From positions 12,926,633-12,990,632 of the forward strand of contig OZ037769.1 of assembly GCA_964035545.1 (NCBI GenBank): a stretch of DNA of 64,000 bases, in the 5' to 3' direction. The position numbers and the translations under genes are program-made. This stretch comes from Bugula neritina (Eukaryota > Animalia > Bryozoa). Shown here one piece after another: positions 57,701 to 64,000 of this stretch. Below the pieces are notes generated by a model that was not told the DNA's origin, searched no databases, and saw nothing but the letters and a program-made list of their open reading frames with translations. Each line of letters opens with the position of its first letter. Position 1 is the stretch's first letter.

Positions 57701-60700
57701 TATTGTGAGAATATTTCGAATAATTATTGTGTGGAATTATGATAGTTTCTTGCAGTATTTTGATTTTACATGCAAAATCAGAAAAATACAGAAAACTGTC
57801 ATAGAAGTTATTATTTTGCTTAGTTTGAACTTCTAGAGCTTTTAAACATTTGTAAACAAAGTCCAGGTCATAAGCTTTTAGTTTTTAAGGGCTAAGATGG
57901 CTTTGTAGGATACAAAAATATTCTAAGTTGTTGAAAAAATAACCAAACTCATTGACCAACTTTTTAAAGCTAAGAAGACATTTGAAACACAGTATCAAAA
58001 ATTTACCCAACATCAGGATGCACAAACAGCATTAGTGTTTTGCCTATAGGGCAAAAACATATTTATTAAATATATACCTTTTAACTATGATGTTATAAAA
58101 GAACTCAAACCATTACTACAATTCATAAGTTACTCTTAGCATTGTTTGCCATTGTTCCTTGCAGTTATATTGGCAGTTATTGCAATGAATATTTTTGTGC
58201 ATAATTTTACATTGCATGACAATAATTACACATTGCATGAGAACGTGCCGTATAATAATGTGACAGTTATTGTATATCATGATGTCATACAGTGCAACAA
58301 TATAGCCTAAGGTTATACTGCGTGGTGTCTTACAGTATAATTTTAAATTTTGGTGCTTTTTTGACAGAACTTTCAGCACTCAATATCAAGTACTCAATAG
58401 AAGATAGGCAGACAATTCCTAAATTCTTAGATGAACTTGGGAAAAATGAGTCGGAAAACTTACTAACAGTTGGATTCGGTTTACATCTTCTTCAGAGAGT
58501 TCAGGTAATAAATAATTACACCCATGTTTGTGGTTTAATGTAATAGTAATAACATTGAATAACAATTAACTATGGAGTTGTCTTATCCTGAATAAAAGCT
58601 TCATAGATGTAATAAAAATATATTTGCATCATTGTGTGGCAGCCAGTTCTTAGACCAATGTAAAAACACTAATTAATCAACAGTAAGCTATTAAGGTCAG
58701 AGTTTCGATGACTCATTTTACTGGAGCAGACGCAGATAATAGGCTATGACTCATGATAATTCTTTTGTCTTTCTGGATGTTGATTTTGAAACTATTATTT
58801 ACATTTTACACCTTTACACAAAGGTTGAATCAAGTCACATAATCAATGACATAATTTTCTGATCTTGTCGACGCATAGATTTACCTATTTCCTCAAATTA
58901 ATTTACTTTTAGGAAACTAGCACTTCTATAGTTTATACTGCGTAAAAATAATATGCACACAAGGTTAGATAGAGGTCATACGAGTAACATTTAGGTTTAT
59001 TTTAGTGTTGCAAATTAATACAAACTACAAAGTATGCCGCTTGTCAAAATTATTTCATTATATAATCTCAATAATTGCACTTCTAGATAAGACAGCTTAT
59101 TCAAATATTCAACAAAGATCTGATTAAGAATCTGAATGCGTATTCAAGTCGAACTCGGAGACGGAGTGTGACAGTGCAGAGAGCTTCAACAAATCTCTCT
59201 ATAAACAACATCAGAACCGTGATTGGTAGTCCAGTAGTGGTGGTGGGCAATGAAACCTATACTAGTAAACTCTACTACACGTTCTACATTCATTCGGGTA
59301 GGTCTTGAGTTAGCCATAGTGGTGCTGAAAATGAAAACACAATTTGAAATTTAGATGCTTGTGTATTTATTACCAAATTAAAATTCAAAGCACATAAGCA
59401 AATATAAGCACATAACAAATACAAAGAAAAACAGATGTACATAAAGAAGCATTAAAATGATTATAACACTTATTTGCACAGATCATACAGACATACATAG
59501 CATATAGACATTCATAGCATATATACACACATAGCAAATAGATATACATAGCATATAGACATATGTGTATAGTATTGATTTTCGCAATATATGCAATGAG
59601 AAAGTGATATTATTCATCTTCATGTAAAGCTATTTATAATCGCAATTACTTCCTTTTATGTATTTTTTAACATTGACTTTTACTGAGCTTACTAGAAACT
59701 TAATTCATATAACTATCACTACTATTCTTTATTAATTTAGTCCTGATGCTACAAGGTATTTTTAGGATAAGAACTATGATCATCCTTTCTGTTGTCAAAT
59801 AGAAGACAACTTTCTTATCGAGTTCTTAAATCTTCTCTGATCTGATGCAATATGCAGTTATCATGTTGTCACCCACATCGTCACCAAAACATTGTCTATC
59901 AACATGTTCCTTTGTTTTTATATTCATAATATTACTATATTAATTTCTTCTCATATTCACATTATTTAAGCTCGAATTTCTCTGTTCTTTCTAATAAAGT
60001 AAGTTTAATAGGAAAACAAATGAGGATTGTATTAAATACAGCACTGGCTATGAACATCATAGTTGTAATATAAACATGTTCAAATATTTATAACTGCAGA
60101 TTTATTAGATGAAAGACTTTTCTCTATAATTATATATATTTACTTGATTATGTAACAGTATACTAATAATTGAATAGTATAGTAAAAAATTAAAACAATT
60201 CTAGCACTATAAGCAAACATTATATGGTTTAATTTATGACTATTACTACAATAACTCACTTGACTGGACTATACGGGTATGTTGGAGAAATATTCCTGCT
60301 AGCAGCAGTGATTGATAATTAATCAAAGAGTGTATAACATTTTGTAGTATGTTTTCTCACTAGTACTCAGAGAGTGTTTATGAAGACTGTATATAAAGAA
60401 ATAGTGGTATATGCAGCTTACTTCAGTGGGCAACAGATAAAAAATGAGCTTTTAATTTATTTTAATTGTTAAACTGATTGTAAGACACTAAGTTATGAAA
60501 TAATTTAAATTTTTGCATTTTTGTCATTCTGCTACTTAAAGTGTTGAATTATTTAACGCAATGGTTTTTGTCATAATCAGTCGATCAATGACGAAGTTTT
60601 TACTTAAATGCAAATAGCAATTGCTACTATCTCCAGTTGACTTCTATAAACAGCAACTTAGTTATTATGTAATATTTGGGTTGTTATATAATATAATAAA

Positions 60701-62886
60701 AAAAAATTCAATGAAAATTTCAAACATGGCCAAATGCTAATACCCACTCTATTAATAAACTTCAATAATTAATGATTACATCTCAAATGTTTAATTCAAT
60801 TTTTTTAAATTTAGTAAACTTTTGTATTTGCAATATTCTTTTCTAAATTTCTGCATTTCCACACCTGCCTGTATATTAAGGGGTATTAAGTTGATGTGAT
60901 AAGAAAGAAATACAGCAGTGCATGTTTATGCCCGACTCAAGAAAATTATCTTCTACTGCTTTGTATGGTCAGGAAATTGCTACTGTGTACCGTATTTATG
61001 TATTTGGCTATTTCCTACATACTTTGATGATTAGCTATTTTTATTTATAGACAGAGATGAGATTATATCTAGAGCTGTGGTCCGAAGAGCAATCATAAGA
61101 ATCCCCAATATGCTGGTGAGTAAAGTAGAATGGGACTATGTAAGTATGAACACATTAAGAAAGCAGTTGTAGTCTACTACCCGTTAGTTCAAGAGTTCAA
61201 TGCCCTGGACAGCCATTGGTGCAGTCAGGACCCGCATTTGAGTCAGAACTGATTTAACAATAATAACAAAGTCAGATTTATTATAATAATTCAGCCAGAT
61301 CTAATAATATAAATTATGAAATGCTATTTTTAATAACATTTTTAATGAATCAAATACTAATTTTGACAGTAGCTTGTGTAACAAGAAAAAAGACTTGGTC
61401 AGTCAACACTCAGACAATAAGATATATTCACAACTGAAATCGATCTTTTGCGTTTGAATGCTTAAAACAAATAGGTATAGTCTAAACTGAAAAACTTATG
61501 GGGTGGGTTACTCTTGGCTGCAATGCTAACAAGGCTCAACGGTTTTATTTGCTAAAAAGGTGCTGATGTTATCATACAATATATTTTTTAGTTCACCAAG
61601 CTGTACGCCTTCATTTCTTCAGCCGATGACAAAATTCCTCAGCATATTGTGTATCCTAAACGAGAGAAAGCAACTCCAAAGCCAACTGTACTCGCCAATG
61701 TAAATGTAAAAGCTACAGAATCTACAGAGAAGCCATTTAGCTGGATGATAATAATATATATTGGTGTGGCTACTGGTACAGTGATAATATTGACATTGCT
61801 TGGTCTCGCTATTTATAAAATGCAGCTTGTGAAGAGGCAGAGGCAGTGTCAGGTTTCTTCCAGCCAGGAGTCTTCGGAACTGGTGAGTGGACCACCAACA
61901 GTGATTGGTTGACACTAACTTTTGGAACGTTTAAGGTTTTAAACTTGAAATATAAATGCACTTCAAAACGTGGCTCTTTGCATTACAAACTTAAGCATAA
62001 AATATAAAGTTATAAGTTTTTAATTTATAGGTCAACCTGCGATAGTTTAATGCTATGTCGCTGCTGAAGATTTGGTTATTGACTCATATTAAGAAAAGTA
62101 ATCAAAACTCACTGATTTAACATTCACTTCTTTAATTATACACTATATCACATAATGGGTTGATGGGCAAAAAAGCTGGTAGCTAACAAGGCAAGCACGC
62201 ATTGCATTTTTATATTACATAAATATTATAATATTTTATCTCTTATTATTTTACATTCTATTGTATTGAATTTCGTGAGCAAGAAAAAAGAGCTTTAAAT
62301 CTAGTTTAAAAAACATCATTTATTATATGATTTAAAATAAAATTTTCATAAACATTTATTAACAAATGTATAGTGAATTTTGTCGAAACACAATGAATTG
62401 TTAAATTATTTTATCAAAAAGTTATGAGATTTCAATTTAGTATAGTATATATTATTACATTATAATATATGATATGATATACTGTATATATTATGATATG
62501 ATATAGTATATATTACGATATGGTATGATATATAGTATAATATATTAGTATAGTATATAGCTGTGTCAGACATATTGTGAATTTGGACTATAATATAATA
62601 ATAGAGCAAAAGAATACAATATATCAGTACAGTTAATGAATATGACATTTTGTAGGAGGGTTCTCAATCTGACAGGAGCACCTGTCTAAAGATGTCTACA
62701 GAGACAAGAGAGAGCAATGCTGAAGATGCGTTGATAGATGAAGGCTCCAGCAACCACAAATTTTCTGTCTCTGATGGAACAACTTCTATAGAAAAAGAAA
62801 AAGCCCAAAACAGAGCAGAGGATGAAAATCGTTTCACTTCACTTTTGCAAAAACAAAATGATTTAAACAAGAGTGCACTGTGTTAA
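54736..62886 (+). CDS. Type-I single-pass membrane protein: divergent UMOD/GP2/OIT3-type D8C-like Cys-rich domain, furin site, TM helix and acidic Ser-rich tail; start codon uncertain
   Basis: Phase-consistent exons 54736-54807, 54960-55007, 56781-56847 (..CD..ICVQ), 57216-57459 (PGYCGSLYPWYL..LP..LC..CC..IRSCNYYFVYKL..IC), 58368-58504, 59087-59297 (RTRRRS), 61051-61115 or -61139, 61592-61882 (TM WMIIIYIGVATGTVIILTLLGLAIY then KRQR), 62656-62886. AATAAA is at about 63178. The first two exons and a possible start exon at 54275-54294 are less certain. Confidence 0.7.
56228..56462. repeat. 10-bp tandem repeat (attctagtgt/attctagtat)n
   Basis: Directly visible, more than 20 units. Confidence 0.93.
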
Positions 62887-64000
62887 ATGTACTGAAAGTC
62901 AAATATATAATTATATATAGCAACACATCTGAATGTAAGTGCAGAAAAACCTATTTAATTGTTTCTAAACTTTTTTTAGAGCTGCGTGTAAATAATGTTT
63001 GATTGATCAACTCTCTAAATATTCATGTCTTTTTGGTATATTTTCTATCCTATACAATTGTGGTGTCATATTTATATGTTCTATATGTAAGAATACTATA
63101 ATGCTGGTTATTTATATTATGATGTAACGGTGCTATATGTGAATAATTTACATGTCTATTTATTGTTTATAAGTTGAAATAAAACACTTTTCAATGCATT
63201 GCTTCCTTCTCTCATAATTTCTTCAAAAACTATATTTTATTGCAGACAAGGTAGCCTACTATGTACAAGTTGTAATTATACATGTCTAATGATTTTGACA
63301 ACTGCAGCTGTTTGAATTTGACATAATCTGAGACAGCCAAAATTGCTCATAACTTAATTTTGTAAACACCTTTAATGGTAAATTGCAGTCTATTTAATAT
63401 ACTACATGATGCTTATTCAATGTACAACATAGCTGCAACATTTTATACTTCAGATGCTTTCTTTCCAAAATTTTCATATACTTTAAATTTTAGGCACTAT
63501 AACTTCCTTCACCTTATTAAAAATTCTTATGTTACCACCATATACGCTGCAAGTCCAGTAACTGAATTTAAAAATTAAGGCATTCTAGTAATTATTGGTG
63601 ATTGTTTTAACTTTTATACATCTGCTTATAATAGCCTATATATTTGCTGTGTAAGCTTTTCAAGTGTATGCTGTGTTATCACCTTCAACGTATGACATTG
63701 GAGTTGCAATGAGGAAGAAGTTGAAAAAGGCCTGTGATTTAAATGAGATACTTAGCATAAGAAGTTGTGTTTTGTTGAATGTTTAGCCTGTCTACCAATT
63801 AAAACAAAATTCTTATAAACTCATATGCTAAAACACCTACATTTTCTGATAATAATTATAGTAATAGATGTACGTTTATAATACGTACTCGCACTTGAAG
63901 TAAAGCCTAAATAAGATTTGTTTAGTGTACAAGTACTTAGGACTGTGTTTGAACGCATGAAGCAAGTTCGAATTGTAGTATAATGCCCCGTTTGCTTCCA

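Overview
AT-rich, intron-rich eukaryotic genomic DNA from an invertebrate animal (lophotrochozoan-like; the species cannot be determined from the sequence alone). The ORF track mostly shows exon fragments and repeat-derived ORFs, so I rebuilt the genes by hand from GT-AG junctions and checked codon phase. There are eight protein-coding genes: UBAP2/lingerer (-, runs off the left edge), rogdi (+), an orphan amidated-neuropeptide precursor (+, predicted FYDDGTFHGFamide), IDI1 (-), lipoyl synthase LIAS (+), an MS4A/CD20-like four-TM protein with two PPxY motifs (+), an uncharacterised coiled-coil protein (-), and a type-I membrane protein with a divergent UMOD/GP2-type D8C-like domain and a furin site (+). 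Repeats include a tRNA-derived SINE family (4 near-full copies plus 1 decayed copy, two with clear TSDs), small TIR elements (MITEs), a perfect hairpin and many micro- and minisatellites. The most notable observations are: (1) a LIAS exon-intron junction tandemly amplified into 18 in-frame 5' splice sites 21 nt apart, part of a window-wide pattern of intronic tandem repeats built from splice signals; (2) the orphan neuropeptide; (3) an IDI1 with an in-frame N-terminal presequence-like exon and a C-terminal PTS1-like HRL. All family assignments are from recognised motifs, not database searches.
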